A stretch of 64,000 nt of DNA. Source: an uncultured Chloroflexia bacterium. Its GTDB lineage: Bacteria > Chloroflexota > Limnocylindria > Limnocylindrales > CSP1-4. The stretch lies in assembly GCA_963813335.1 (NCBI GenBank), contig CAWEYL010000001.1, positions 64,001 to 128,000 on the forward strand, read 5' to 3'. The notes under the pieces were generated by a model. That model was not told the origin of the DNA and did no database searches. It was given only the letters and a program-made list of their open reading frames with translations. Below, piece by piece: positions 11,501-21,097 of this stretch. The position numbers and the translations under genes were made by a program. Position 1 is the stretch's first letter, and each line of letters begins with the position of its first letter.

Positions 11501-12096
11501 ACCAGGTCGCCCGCGACCATGCCCTGGTCGCGCGAGCCCAGGGTGACGGCCGCCTCGCCGCTGAGGACGCCGGCGCGGGCGTGGACATCCGGTCCCAGGC
11601 CGCGGACCGCATCCACGAGCTCGAGGGCGGCGCGGACCGCGCGCTCCGGGTCGTCCTCGCGGGCGACCGGGGCGCCCCACACCGCCATGACCGCGTCGCC
11701 GATGAACTTCTCGACGGTGCCGCCGTAGCGCTCGATGACGGTACGCGCGAGGTCGAAGTACTCGGACAGCAGCTCGCGGACGACCTCCGCGTCGCGGCCC
11801 TCGGCGATCGTGGTGAACCCGACGAGGTCCGCGAACAGCACGGTGACGAAGCGTCGTTCCGCGACCGGGGCATCGATCCCGGCGGGAGCACTCCCGACGG
11901 CGACGCCGGCCAGCGGTCGGCTCGCGGCGGCGGCCGCCTCATCGCTCAGGAGGCGGGTCCCGCACTCCCCGCAGAAGCGCGCCTGGGGCGGGTTGCTGCT
12001 GCCGCAGGTCGGGCACGCGGCGGCCAGCTTGGACCCGCACTCGTGGCAGAACTTGCGGCCGGCCTCGTTGACCGTGCCGCACGCCGGGCACTGCAT
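8518..12096 (-). CDS. Double Zn-ribbon + class III adenylate/guanylate cyclase + STAND-type AAA ATPase + TPR-like protein
   Basis: Four N-terminal CxxC pairs; LFADLVGFT, EKFIGDAVM, GDLVNTASRL; Walker A GQAGIGKS and Walker B AFEDLHWAD; helical C-terminus. Confidence 0.9.
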   Translation of the reverse strand: MQCPACGTVNEAGRKFCHECGSKLAAACPTCGSSNPPQARFCGECGTRLLSDEAAAAASRPLAGVAVGSAPAGIDAPVAERRFVTVLFADLVGFTTIAEGRDAEVVRELLSEYFDLARTVIERYGGTVEKFIGDAVMAVWGAPVAREDDPERAVRAALELVDAVRGLGPDVHARAGVLSGEAAVTLGSRDQGMVAGDLVNTASRLQSVAAPGTVLVGEATHRAAASSITFEDAGDTVLKGKEAPVAAWRALRVVAERKGRGRSDRLEAPFVGRDTELRLLKDLFHATSREHRARLVSITGQAGIGKSRLTWELEKYLDGLVEGIWWHDGRSPAYGEGITFWALGEMVRARCGLIETDDPATTREKVAATVIEHVPDEGERRWIEPALLALLGVGEAPAGGRDELFRAWRTFFERLASTGIVVLAFEDLHWADAGQLDFIDHMLEWSRGVPILIITLARPDLLTRRPDWGAGRRNFLALGLEPLDEASMLELLAGLVPGLATATARSIVARADGIPLYAVETVRMLVADGRLREVEGRYEPIGELGELAVPETLQALIAARLDGLPAADRALLQDAAVLGQSFTLAGLSAVAGQPPEAIEPRLRALGDMELLDQRVDPRSPELGQYAFVQALIREVAYATLAKRDRRSRHLAAARFFESLGEDELAGALAAHYVAAYEAVPDGPEGDALAVQARLALVGAADRATALGSPEQAIAFLTQAKEIKAEPAERAAILERLGRAATSAARPDLAEPPLTEAIEIRRSLGDDKAVYRTTVALAQGLLSGRLTERASAILEPAVSKAPGVADDADLSQLIAILARVRSLEQRYFEALALADRALEIAEPLELFEVIAESLITKGNILSQHGRSVEGLSLLDTARRVSQENGFPLMESRAITGLSLVLATRDVRATWEMEIEGIAFARRIGRRDFEITLISNAGEDAIRLGEWAWHESQAAHFEDTELSSLHRVAMGFAGAVIATLRAAPGWRDVVKQVHADIDFVGDTDYANTALDLDGWVALVEGRYPVARDEWFKQADASDTNAPFALPRAARAALLARDAAGAREAIARLDALGVRGQVLEIERQAIGAGIDALEGRTAEAIAGFRAAMAAWRDGGVLWDEAWTAWCALATLGPDHGEIRTIGRRGREITVELGAAPVVAHFDALLGEPGDPGGAEAPGGVAATGPSSGTEVAELA

Positions 12097-12128
12097 CCAC
12101 GGAATGTAGCGTGCGGCGGCGTCCGCCG

Positions 12129-13172
12129 TCAGCGCTGCAGTTCGGGGATCTCCTCGCCCCACGCCGCGAACGCCGCCCGGAGCGGCCCGAGCGTCGCCTC
12201 GTCCGCGAACGCGACGTCGAGCGCGTGCCGGTCGATGGCCCACAGCTCCGGCAGGGTCAGCCCGACCGCCTCGAGCGCGTTCGCGTACTCCTCGGACAGC
12301 GTGATGTCGGAGACCGTGGTGTCGTCGGTCGAGAGCGTCACGGGCACGCCCGCCCGGTGCAGGCGCGCCAGCGGGTGCCCGGCGAGTCCCGCGACGATCC
12401 CGGCCTGCATGTTCGAGGTGGGGCACAGGTCGAGCGTGACCCCGCGGTCCGCGAGCTCCGCGCAGAGCGACGGGTCGTCGATCGTGCCCGGGCCGTGGGC
12501 GATGCGCTCCGGGTCCATGGCGAGGGCGCGGCGCACCTGCGCCGCGCCGCCCCACTCCCCGGCGTGGAGCGTGATGCGCAGGCCACCGGCCCGCGCGGCC
12601 TCGAACGCGGCGGCGTGCTGCGCGGGATCGGGATACGCGGCTTCGGGCCCGGCGAGGTCCCAGCCGACGAGCCCCTGGTCGCGGAAGCCCGCCGCGGTCT
12701 CGGCCAGGACGAGGTTCGCGGCGGGGTCGTGCGAACGCAGCGCGGTGCAGATGAGCCGGACGACGGACCCGCTGCGGGCCGCCCCGGCCGACGCGCCGGC
12801 GCAGACCGCCGCGATCCCGTCCGCGAGCGACAGGCCGCCGGCCACGTGGAGCAGCGGGCCCCAGCGGATCTCCATGTAGCGGACGTTGTCGGCGGCCTTC
12901 GTCTCGACCAGCTCGAGCGTGATCCGCTCCAGCGCCTCGGCGTCCTGCATGAGCGCGATCGGCAGGGCGAACGCTTCCAGGAGTTGCGCCTGGTCGACGC
13001 AGGGCATCGGCGCGATCAGCGCGCGCGACATCCCCGTCCAGTCCCGCGGCGCGTCGATCCCGCGCGTCCGTGCCAGCTCGAGGGCGGTCGCCACGCGGAG
13101 CGACCCGTCGAGGTGGAGGTGGAGTTCCGCCTTGGGCATCGCCTCGACCAGGCGTCGCAGGGGGGTCGTCAT
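12129..13172 (-). CDS. add: Adenosine deaminase
   Basis: PKAELHLHLDGS, HAGE, RIAHG, CPTSN and STDD motifs. Confidence 0.9.
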   Translation of the reverse strand: MTTPLRRLVEAMPKAELHLHLDGSLRVATALELARTRGIDAPRDWTGMSRALIAPMPCVDQAQLLEAFALPIALMQDAEALERITLELVETKAADNVRYMEIRWGPLLHVAGGLSLADGIAAVCAGASAGAARSGSVVRLICTALRSHDPAANLVLAETAAGFRDQGLVGWDLAGPEAAYPDPAQHAAAFEAARAGGLRITLHAGEWGGAAQVRRALAMDPERIAHGPGTIDDPSLCAELADRGVTLDLCPTSNMQAGIVAGLAGHPLARLHRAGVPVTLSTDDTTVSDITLSEEYANALEAVGLTLPELWAIDRHALDVAFADEATLGPLRAAFAAWGEEIPELQR

Positions 13173-13197
13173 GCCCGGATGCTACGATTCCGCGCGC

Positions 13198-14172
13198 ATG
13201 TCCACCATCCTGGTCACGGGCGCGGGCGGGTTCGTCGGCAGCTGGACCATCCCGGCCCTGCTCCGCGCCGGTCATGGCGTCGTCGCGATGGTGCGCACCC
13301 CCGACGCCGGCGCCGTCGTCCGCGACCGCCTCCCGCCCGCCTGGCGCGACCGTGTCGAGCCGCGCATCGGCGACGTCACGATGCCGGCCACGCTCGGCCC
13401 GGTCCTCGGCGGCGTCGACGCGGTCGTCCATCTCGCGGCCATCCCGCTCGACCGGACGGGCGGCGCCGAGCTGTACCGGGTCAACACCGGCGGGACGCGC
13501 AACGTCCTGGCCGCGACGGTCGCCGCGGGGGTCCGGCGGTTCATCCACATGGGCGCCCTCGGCCTGGTCGACGACCCCGCACTCCACTACGCGAGCTCGA
13601 AGACGAAGGCCGACGTGGCCGTGCGCGAGTCGGGCCTCGACTGGACGATCCTCAAGCCATCGCTCCAGTTCGGCGAGGGCGACGGCTTCTTCAACATCGT
13701 GGCCGACCTCGTCCGACGCTCCCCCGGGATCGTCCCCGTGCCCGGCGACGGCCGGAGCCGGTTCCAGCCGATCCACAGCGGCGACGTCGCGCGGATCGTG
13801 GTCCAGTGCCTCGCGGACCCGGGGACCGTTGGCGAGGGGTTCGACCTCGGCGGGCCGCGCTACTGGACCTACCGCGAGATCACCGCGGAGATCGCCCGGG
13901 CGCTGGGCAAGCGGCGGCTGATCGTCCCGGTGCCGGTGCCGCTGATCTCGCTCGTGGCGGGCACGGCCGAGACCGTCCACCTGCCGTTCCCCGTCGCCAC
14001 CGACCAGCTCCGCCAGCTGCGGTCCGACAACATCGGCGCGCTCGACGTCATCGGCCCACGGTTCGGGTTCGAGCCGCGCCCGATGGAGGGCGCGCTCGGC
14101 TACCTGCGCGCCAGGCGCCCCGAGCAGCGGACCCGCGGCGACCTCGCCGGACCGCCCGGGCCCCTCGCATGA
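13198..14172 (+). CDS. NAD(P)-binding atypical SDR (NDUFA9-like)
   Basis: TGAGGFVG, YASSK, DWTILKPS and FQPIH motifs. Confidence 0.85.
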   Translation: MSTILVTGAGGFVGSWTIPALLRAGHGVVAMVRTPDAGAVVRDRLPPAWRDRVEPRIGDVTMPATLGPVLGGVDAVVHLAAIPLDRTGGAELYRVNTGGTRNVLAATVAAGVRRFIHMGALGLVDDPALHYASSKTKADVAVRESGLDWTILKPSLQFGEGDGFFNIVADLVRRSPGIVPVPGDGRSRFQPIHSGDVARIVVQCLADPGTVGEGFDLGGPRYWTYREITAEIARALGKRRLIVPVPVPLISLVAGTAETVHLPFPVATDQLRQLRSDNIGALDVIGPRFGFEPRPMEGALGYLRARRPEQRTRGDLAGPPGPLA

Positions 14173-15137
14173 GCGAGCGGACCGGGCGGGTCCTCGGCGC
14201 CGTCCTCTGGGTCGTCGCGGTCGTCGCGATCGGGTTCGGGGCGGCCGGGCTGACCGTCGCGATGCAGCCGAGCCCGGACCGGCCCGCGACCTCGGAGCTC
14301 ACGGCGAGCGGGGATCGCGCGGTCCAGCCGCACCTCGACGCCGCCGAGGCGTCGGTCGCCGCGCTCTCCGCGGACGTCGACGCGCTCGGCACGCAGGCGC
14401 GCGGCGCGCTGGCCGCGATGATCGGCGGCGAGACCGGGACGATGGACGCCGCGATCTCGGAAGGCGGCCGCCGCTTCGAGCGGGTCCGCGCGGAGTCGGC
14501 AGCCATCCGCGCCGAGCTCGCCGCTGCGCCATACCTCGGGACCCCGCTTGCGGACCTGTATGTCTCGCCGGCGCTGCAGGCCCGCGCCCGCACCCTCCAG
14601 CAGGTGGCCGCCGCGGTGGGCGGCCTGGACCGGCCGTGGGCCCGGCTCACCACCGGGGGCACCGCGGCGGCGCAGCTGTCCGCCCAGCTCGCCGAGCACG
14701 ACCGGCTGGTCGGGGTCGCCGCCGGGCAGGGACGCGATGCCAAGTACACGGAGGCGATCGCGACCATCGATTCGGCCGCGGCCGTGCTCAAGGCCGCCCA
14801 CGCGGCGCGCGACCGCCTGGCGAACACCGTCGACGTCAGCACGCTCGACCAGTGGCTCGAGCGCAACGAGAGCTACGACGCGGCCTTGCGCGCGCTCTAC
14901 GAGCTGACGCCCAACGTCGGCAAGCGGGTGACCGCCCAGCTGAAGGCCGCGATCGCGGCGGAGAAGGCAGCGCGGGCGCGGCTGCCAGCGAACTCCCGCG
15001 GGCTCGTCGTGATCATGTCCGACATCGGCCAGGGCTGGATGAACGGCGCGGTCATCGCCATCGAGGAGGCCAAGGCGGCCATCGCCGACGCCCTCGAACC
15101 GGCGGCGGCGGCGTCCCCCGACCCGTCCACGCCGTAG
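14169..15137 (+). CDS. Hypothetical membrane-anchored helical protein
   Basis: ATGA overlap with the SDR gene; N-terminal hydrophobic segment; Ala-rich body with typical codon usage. Confidence 0.65.
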   Translation: MSERTGRVLGAVLWVVAVVAIGFGAAGLTVAMQPSPDRPATSELTASGDRAVQPHLDAAEASVAALSADVDALGTQARGALAAMIGGETGTMDAAISEGGRRFERVRAESAAIRAELAAAPYLGTPLADLYVSPALQARARTLQQVAAAVGGLDRPWARLTTGGTAAAQLSAQLAEHDRLVGVAAGQGRDAKYTEAIATIDSAAAVLKAAHAARDRLANTVDVSTLDQWLERNESYDAALRALYELTPNVGKRVTAQLKAAIAAEKAARARLPANSRGLVVIMSDIGQGWMNGAVIAIEEAKAAIADALEPAAAASPDPSTP

Positions 15138-15214
15138 GTACACTGCCCGCACTATCCCCACCACCGTCGCGCACGTAGACGCGCGACGTCACGCCTCCGG
15201 AGGTTCCAGGGCCC

Positions 15215-16726
15215 GTGGATGTCCGTGTCGTCAATGACCAGCCGTGGGAAGTCGCCACCGACGTCCTCGCCATCCCGATCGTGGCCGATCCCGCCTTCGA
15301 TGGACCGCTCGACGAGCTCGACCGGCGCAGCGGCGGCGAGCTGCGGGCGCTCGCGGCCTTCCGCGAACTGAGCGGGAAGCGCTACGCGACATCGCTGGCC
15401 GCGGCCGGCGAGCTACCGGCGAGCCGCCTGGTGACGGTGGGCATCGGCGATCCCGAGGCGCTCGACCGCGAGACCGTGCTGCGCATCGGCGCGACGGCGG
15501 AGCGACGGCTCGGCGGCCGGGCGGTGGAGCGGCTGGCGATCTGGATCACGCCGCTCGTCGAGGCGCTCGGCGGACCGCCCGAGACGGTCGCGGAGCTGGT
15601 CGCGCGCGGGGTCGTCGAGGGTTCCTACGATCCGGCGACCATCTACCGCGAGACCGTCGAGACGTCGCCGCCGGACCTGGTCGAGCTGATCATCGTCGCC
15701 CCCGGCACCGACACGGCCGCGCTCGCCGCGGCGGCGGAGCGCGGCGTGATCATCGGCGAGGGCGCCAACATGGCCCGGACCCTGTCCAACCGCGCCTCGA
15801 ACGACGTGAGCCCGGAGGTCCTCGCCGACGAGGCGCGCTCGATCGCCGAGGAGCACGGGCTGTGGATCGACGTGATCGAGCCGGACCGGGCGACCGAGCT
15901 CGGGATGGGCATGTTCATGGCGGTCGGGCGCGGCAGCGACAACCCGCCGCGGATGATCGTCCTGCGCTCTGGCGGAGCGGGGGAGCACGACGCGCTCGAC
16001 CGGCACCTCGCCCTCGTCGGCAAGGGGGTCTGCTTCGACTCCGGCGGCATCAGCATCAAGCCGGCCGACCGGATGGAAGAGATGAAGATGGACAAGACCG
16101 GTGCGTGCACCGTGATCGCGGCCATCGCCACCCTCTCGCGCCTGGCGCCGGGCACCCCGCTGCTCGCGGTCGCGCCGACCGTCGAGAACATGCCCGGACC
16201 GCATTCGACGCGGCCCGGCGACGTCGTCCGGGCGCTCAACGGCAAGATGGTGGACATCACCAACACCGACGCCGAGGGCCGGCTGATCCTCGGCGACGCG
16301 ATGACCTACGCGGAGCAGCTTGGCGCCACGCACATCGTGGATGTCGCCACCCTGACGGGCGCCGTCGCCCGGGCGCTCGGCCACCTCGTCACCGGGGCGT
16401 TCGGACGGCCGCAGGCGTTCTACGACGACGTGATGGCGGCCGCGGACCGGGCGGGCGAGCGCTACTGGCAGCTCCCGCTGATCGACGACTACGTGCCCGA
16501 GATGGAGAGCTGGTACGGCGACCTGCAGAACTCCGGCGCCCCCGACGGCTCGCTCATCAAGAGCGGCCTGTTCCTGCGCGAGTTCGTGACCGTCCCGTGG
16601 GTCCACCTCGACATCGCCGGGACCGGCTATTACCGCAAGGCGCTGCCCTTCGCGCCACGCGGCGCGACCGGCGTCTCGCACTCGACGCTGGTCGAGCTGG
16701 CGCTGGCCGGGGCCGGCGCGGACTGA
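15215..16726 (+). CDS. pepA: Leucyl aminopeptidase (M17)
   Basis: GKGVCFDSGG, MKMDK, NTDAEGRL, ATLTGA and HLDIAG motifs. Confidence 0.93.
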   Translation: MDVRVVNDQPWEVATDVLAIPIVADPAFDGPLDELDRRSGGELRALAAFRELSGKRYATSLAAAGELPASRLVTVGIGDPEALDRETVLRIGATAERRLGGRAVERLAIWITPLVEALGGPPETVAELVARGVVEGSYDPATIYRETVETSPPDLVELIIVAPGTDTAALAAAAERGVIIGEGANMARTLSNRASNDVSPEVLADEARSIAEEHGLWIDVIEPDRATELGMGMFMAVGRGSDNPPRMIVLRSGGAGEHDALDRHLALVGKGVCFDSGGISIKPADRMEEMKMDKTGACTVIAAIATLSRLAPGTPLLAVAPTVENMPGPHSTRPGDVVRALNGKMVDITNTDAEGRLILGDAMTYAEQLGATHIVDVATLTGAVARALGHLVTGAFGRPQAFYDDVMAAADRAGERYWQLPLIDDYVPEMESWYGDLQNSGAPDGSLIKSGLFLREFVTVPWVHLDIAGTGYYRKALPFAPRGATGVSHSTLVELALAGAGAD

Positions 16727-16769
16727 CGGACGCCAGACCGCTTCCGGGCGACCCAGGCCGGGCCGGTCG

Positions 16770-17420
16770 ATGGACCCGCTGACCGTCCTGTCCGTCGCCC
16801 TCGGTGTCGCGGGCTTCGCCTTCGGGCTCGCCGCCGACCGCTTCGCCACGCGATGGCCGGACCATGACGAGGAGCATCCGCCGGGCCGGCGCGTCGACTG
16901 GCGGACCGCCACCGTGGCGGTCACCTCGGCGCTCGCGTTCGGCCTGCTCCCGATCCGGTCTGCCGGCGATCCGCTCGCGTTCGTCATCTTCGGCGCCTGG
17001 TTCGTCACGCTCGTCGTCGGGCTTGCGACGGACCTCGACCAGCGGTTGCTCCCGGACCTGCTCACGCTGCCCGTCATCCCGGTGGCGCTGCTGTACGCCC
17101 TGAGCGGCCAGAACCCGTTCGTGGGTGGGGCCGTCGTCTGGGCCGTGGCTGCCGCGGTCGTCGTGCCGCTCGTGCTCTACCTGCCATCGATCCCGTTCGG
17201 GGCCGGCGCGTTCGGGATGGGCGACGTGAAGCTGCTGGCGGGCGTGGGCCTGCTCGCCGGGGCGGGCCGGCTCCTCTCATCCGTGGTGTTCGCGCTGGTG
17301 CTCTCGGGGGTCGTGCTGATCACGCTGCTGGCGCTCAAGCGGATCGGCCGCAAGACGTACGTGCCGTTCGGGCCCTTCTTCATCATCGGCGCGCTCTGGG
17401 CCGTGCTGATCCGCGGCTGA
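16770..17420 (+). CDS. Prepilin peptidase (A24)
   Basis: TDL..RLLPD, GMGDVKL and VPFGPF motifs; no N-terminal Zn domain. Confidence 0.85.
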   Translation: MDPLTVLSVALGVAGFAFGLAADRFATRWPDHDEEHPPGRRVDWRTATVAVTSALAFGLLPIRSAGDPLAFVIFGAWFVTLVVGLATDLDQRLLPDLLTLPVIPVALLYALSGQNPFVGGAVVWAVAAAVVVPLVLYLPSIPFGAGAFGMGDVKLLAGVGLLAGAGRLLSSVVFALVLSGVVLITLLALKRIGRKTYVPFGPFFIIGALWAVLIRG

Positions 17421-17645
17421 GCGGGCTCCTTGGTCCCACGCTCGGCGGGACCATCGTCACGCTCGGCCGCCGAAGGGCGGGCGACTAGACTCCCGGGGGT
17501 ATGATGCCGGGAAGCCGGTGTCGTCCTGTCGAGGTGCCCGATCGGGACGGTGGTGAACCGGCGGGCGTACCCGTCTGACGTCGACCCGGTGGTGAGACAC
17601 GGGGGAACGACCCACGGAGATTGCTCGCACGATGACATCGCCAAC

Positions 17646-19037
17646 GTGAAAGGCCGCCAGACCGACCGATCGGCATACCCGATCGCCAACGGCTGGGCGT
17701 CCGCGACCCGACGTCGCGAGCCCTCCTGGCGCCGGATCGGGGCCGTGGTCCTTCTCCTCCCGATCGTCCTCGGGCTCCTCGGCTCGCCGAGCGTCGCCCC
17801 GACCGTGCGCGGCGACGAGCTGACGGACGCCCGCGCCAAGGCCGCCGAGATGAAGAAGCAGGTCGAGCTGGAGAAGGCGCAGATCGCCCAGCTCAACGCC
17901 CTGCAGGCGGGGCTCGCCGCCGACATCGCCTCGACCCGCCACCAGCTGGCCGGCATCAACGCCGACCTGTCGGCGGTCAAGACGAAGATCACCCGGATGA
18001 CGAACCGGATCAAGATCGTCCAGCACTCGTACAACGACCTCGTCCTCGAGCTCTCGATGCTGGACGTGGAGCTGGCCCGCCTGCAGGGCCAGGAGGACCA
18101 GAAGCGCATCGAGCTCGGCGAGCGCAAGGCCCTGCTCGCGGACCGCATCCGGAGCGCCTACGACACGAACCGCACGTCGCTGCTCGAGTCGTTCCTCTCG
18201 AGCGGGTCGTTCAGCGACCTGCTCGCGGAGATGAGCTACTACATCGACGTCGGCGAACAGGACAAGGCGCTCGCCCAGCAGGTCGCGCAGGACCAGGAGG
18301 ACCTGGCGGCGATGCACGAGATCGTGCAGGCCACGCGGTCCCGGACCGACGACCTGCGTCAGACGACCGCCGCCCAGAAGGTGGCCCTCAACAAGAGCCT
18401 CAAGGGGCTCAAGGACGCCAAGGCAGAGCTGCGCCGGCTCGAGAAGGAGACCCAGCGCAACCTGGCGATCCAGCGGGCGAGCTACGCGAAGGTGGCGGCC
18501 AACAAGAAGGACGCGGCGAAGGCGCTGGCGGCAGCCGCCAAGCACCAGAAGGCGCTCGCGGCGAGGATCGCGGAGATCGTCCGGCGGCAGTCCCAGCAGG
18601 GCAACATCCCGTCCCAGTACAACGGCACGCTGAACTGGCCGATGGCCGGCAACGTCACCCAGAACTTCGGGTGCACCGGGTTCTCGTGGGAGCCGCCACT
18701 GGGCAGCTGCGCCCACTTCCACCAGGGCATCGACATCGTCGCGCCCTACGGCACCGCGGTCCGCGCGTCGGGTGACGGCGTCGTGGCCTACATCGGCTGG
18801 AACTACGCCGATGGCCCGGACCCCGCCTGGATCGTGATCATCGCGCACAGCTCGGGGCTGCAGACGTGGTACGCGCACATGACCGCCGCGTACCCGGGCA
18901 ACATCCACCAGGGCAGCATGGTGAAGGCCGGCCAGGTGATCGGCCACGAGGGCAACACGGGCCACTCCACGGGCGCCCACCTCCACTGGGCGGTCATGCT
19001 CAACGGGGACTTCGTCAACCCGCGCCTCTTCCTGTAG
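17646..19037 (+). CDS. Coiled-coil + M23 peptidase (cell-wall endopeptidase); start uncertain
   Basis: Signal/TM segment, long coiled coil, HQGID, YAHM and STGAHLH motifs. Confidence 0.85.
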   Translation: MKGRQTDRSAYPIANGWASATRRREPSWRRIGAVVLLLPIVLGLLGSPSVAPTVRGDELTDARAKAAEMKKQVELEKAQIAQLNALQAGLAADIASTRHQLAGINADLSAVKTKITRMTNRIKIVQHSYNDLVLELSMLDVELARLQGQEDQKRIELGERKALLADRIRSAYDTNRTSLLESFLSSGSFSDLLAEMSYYIDVGEQDKALAQQVAQDQEDLAAMHEIVQATRSRTDDLRQTTAAQKVALNKSLKGLKDAKAELRRLEKETQRNLAIQRASYAKVAANKKDAAKALAAAAKHQKALAARIAEIVRRQSQQGNIPSQYNGTLNWPMAGNVTQNFGCTGFSWEPPLGSCAHFHQGIDIVAPYGTAVRASGDGVVAYIGWNYADGPDPAWIVIIAHSSGLQTWYAHMTAAYPGNIHQGSMVKAGQVIGHEGNTGHSTGAHLHWAVMLNGDFVNPRLFL

Positions 19038-19072
19038 CCCGGCTCGCGGCCGCCTGGCCCGGCCCGGCCCAC

Positions 19073-19140
19073 GCGGCTCCCCGGCCGACGTGGCTCCCCG
19101 GCCAGTGCGGCTTCCCAGCCGACGCGGCTCTCTGGCCGGC
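19073..19140. repeat. Four degenerate 17-bp tandem repeats
   Basis: gcggctccccggccgac / gtggctccccggccagt / gcggcttcccagccgac / gcggctctctggccggc. Confidence 0.7.
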
Positions 19141-19183
19141 CCGCGGCCGTGCCCAGCCCCGATCGCGCCTCCGAGTCGCCGAC

Positions 19184-19364
19184 CTGTCGTAACGACCACC
19201 GACAGAACGTTATGGCCAGTGCGCGTTCCCGCCGGCATGTTCAGCGAGCAGGATCCTGCGCTCCCACGCACGACCCGCGCCACGCACCGGCTGATCGCGG
19301 CCGTCCGGACCCGTGGAGAGATTCGGCAATGGCCATAGCGTTCTGCCCATGAACGTCATGCCGG
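19184..19364. repeat. 181-bp intergenic element with 37-bp imperfect terminal inverted repeats, copy 2
   Basis: Arms 19184-19220 and 19328-19364 share the AGAACGnnATGGCC core with copy 1. Confidence 0.7.
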
Positions 19365-19440
19365 GTCCCCACCGATGAAGGGCCAGCCCCAAGGCGGTCC
19401 GATGTGCCGACCCCCGGGTCGGCCCGCCCGGCGCGCCCCG

Positions 19441-19512
19441 ACCGCGGCCCCGGCCGCGGGCCACCCGCCCCCGCCCACCGCGGCCCCGGCCGCGGGCCAC
19501 CCGCCCCCGCCC
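19441..19512. repeat. Exact 36-bp tandem duplication
   Basis: accgcggccccggccgcgggccacccgcccccgccc occurs twice in tandem. Confidence 0.8.
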
Positions 19513-19642
19513 GCCGCGCGGCCCACGCGCGGCGTTCACCCGACGGCAACAGCCCGTTCACGTTCGTTCCGTCGGCCCGTGCTAGCATCGCCGCGGGGCC
19601 CGCGCACGGCCCCGGCCACGGATCCTGGAGGCTTGACGGACC

Positions 19643-21007
19643 GTGAAACGGACCATGGCGGTGATCCTCGCCGGCGGTGAGGGCGAGCGACTGTCGATCC
19701 TGTCCCAGGAACGGGCGAAGCCGGCCGTCCCGTTCGGCGGGAAGTACCGGATCATCGACTTCACGCTGTCGAACTGCGTCAACTCCGACATCGACGACGT
19801 GGTCGTCCTGACCCAGTACAACCCGCGCTCGCTCAACGACCACATCGGCCTCGGGCGGCCGTGGGACCTCGACCGCAACTACGGCGGCGTGAAGCTGCTC
19901 CAGCCGTACATCGCGCGCGGCCGCGTGGCGGAGTGGTACCGCGGCACCGCCGACGCCGTGCTGCGAAACCTCAACGTCATCGAGCACGACTCCTCGGACA
20001 CGGTCCTCGTGCTCGCCGGCGACCACATCTACAAGATGGACTACCAGCCGTTCGTCGCCGCCCACCGGCGGAAGCGGGCCGACGTCACGATCGCGGTCCG
20101 CCGCGTGCCGCTGGCCGAGGCCTCGCGGATGGGCATCCTCGCCCTCGACGAGAGCGACCGCGTGACCGAGTGGCAGGAGAAGCCCAAGCAGCCCAAGAGC
20201 GACCTGGCCTCGATGGGCGTCTACGTCTTCTCGAAGAAGACGCTGCGGCGCTGGCTGTCCGAGGACCGCGTCGACTTCGGGGCGAACGTGATCCCGGCGA
20301 TGCTCGATGCCGGCGCGCGGGTCTTCGGCTACCGCTACAACGGCTACTGGCAGGATGTCGGGACGATCCAGTCGTTCTGGGAGGCCAACATGGCGCTCCT
20401 GGCCGACGATCCCGAGCTCGACCTGTACGACAAGGACTGGATCATCCACACCCGGTCCGAGGAGCGCGCCCCGGCCAAGGTCGGGCCGACGGCCCAGGTC
20501 CACCGCAGCCTCATCAGCCATGGCTGCGTGATCGATGGGACGGTCGTGAACTCGGTGCTGTCGCCGGGCGTCCGCGTGGGCGTCGGCGCGGTGATCCGCG
20601 ATTCGATCGTGATGTTCGACTCGGTCATCCGCTCGGGTGCGGTCGTCGACCGCTCGATCCTCGACAAGGAGGTCGTGATCGGGCAGGGCGCGATCGTCGG
20701 CGACGGACCCTACGACGACCGGCCCAACAAGCAGGAGCCCGGCCGCCTGAACACCGGGATCACCGTGGTCGGCAAGCGGGCGGTCGTCCCGCGCGGCACC
20801 CGCATCGGGCGGAACGTCCGTGTCGCGGCCGACATCCGCTCCTCGGACTTCGTGAAGAAGGTCATCCGCAGCGGCGAATCGGTCGACGCGAAGCCGGGCA
20901 CGCGCAGCGCCCCGCTGCAGGCCGTGGCCGGGGCGCCCGCTGCGCGCGTCGTCGCGGGCTCGCACACCGCGACATCGAAGGGCAAGGGGCGGCTCCCCGA
21001 GGACTGA
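19643..21007 (+). CDS. glgC: Glucose-1-phosphate adenylyltransferase
   Basis: [41 protein letters not shown] and YWQDVGT motifs; GGAGG RBS. Confidence 0.95.
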   Translation: MKRTMAVILAGGEGERLSILSQERAKPAVPFGGKYRIIDFTLSNCVNSDIDDVVVLTQYNPRSLNDHIGLGRPWDLDRNYGGVKLLQPYIARGRVAEWYRGTADAVLRNLNVIEHDSSDTVLVLAGDHIYKMDYQPFVAAHRRKRADVTIAVRRVPLAEASRMGILALDESDRVTEWQEKPKQPKSDLASMGVYVFSKKTLRRWLSEDRVDFGANVIPAMLDAGARVFGYRYNGYWQDVGTIQSFWEANMALLADDPELDLYDKDWIIHTRSEERAPAKVGPTAQVHRSLISHGCVIDGTVVNSVLSPGVRVGVGAVIRDSIVMFDSVIRSGAVVDRSILDKEVVIGQGAIVGDGPYDDRPNKQEPGRLNTGITVVGKRAVVPRGTRIGRNVRVAADIRSSDFVKKVIRSGESVDAKPGTRSAPLQAVAGAPAARVVAGSHTATSKGKGRLPED

Positions 21008-21097
21008 GCGGGGTCCGGCCCCGCCGCGCCTGGCCCCCGGCCGCGCTCGCCCGCGCCGGCGGCCCGAGTCGGACGCCTCGGGTAGACTCCGCGGGCC

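Noticed and set aside
8518-13980. 1820-aa giant ORF
   Set aside because: The first ~630 aa are out-of-frame or antisense read-through of add and the SDR gene. The real start is 12096.
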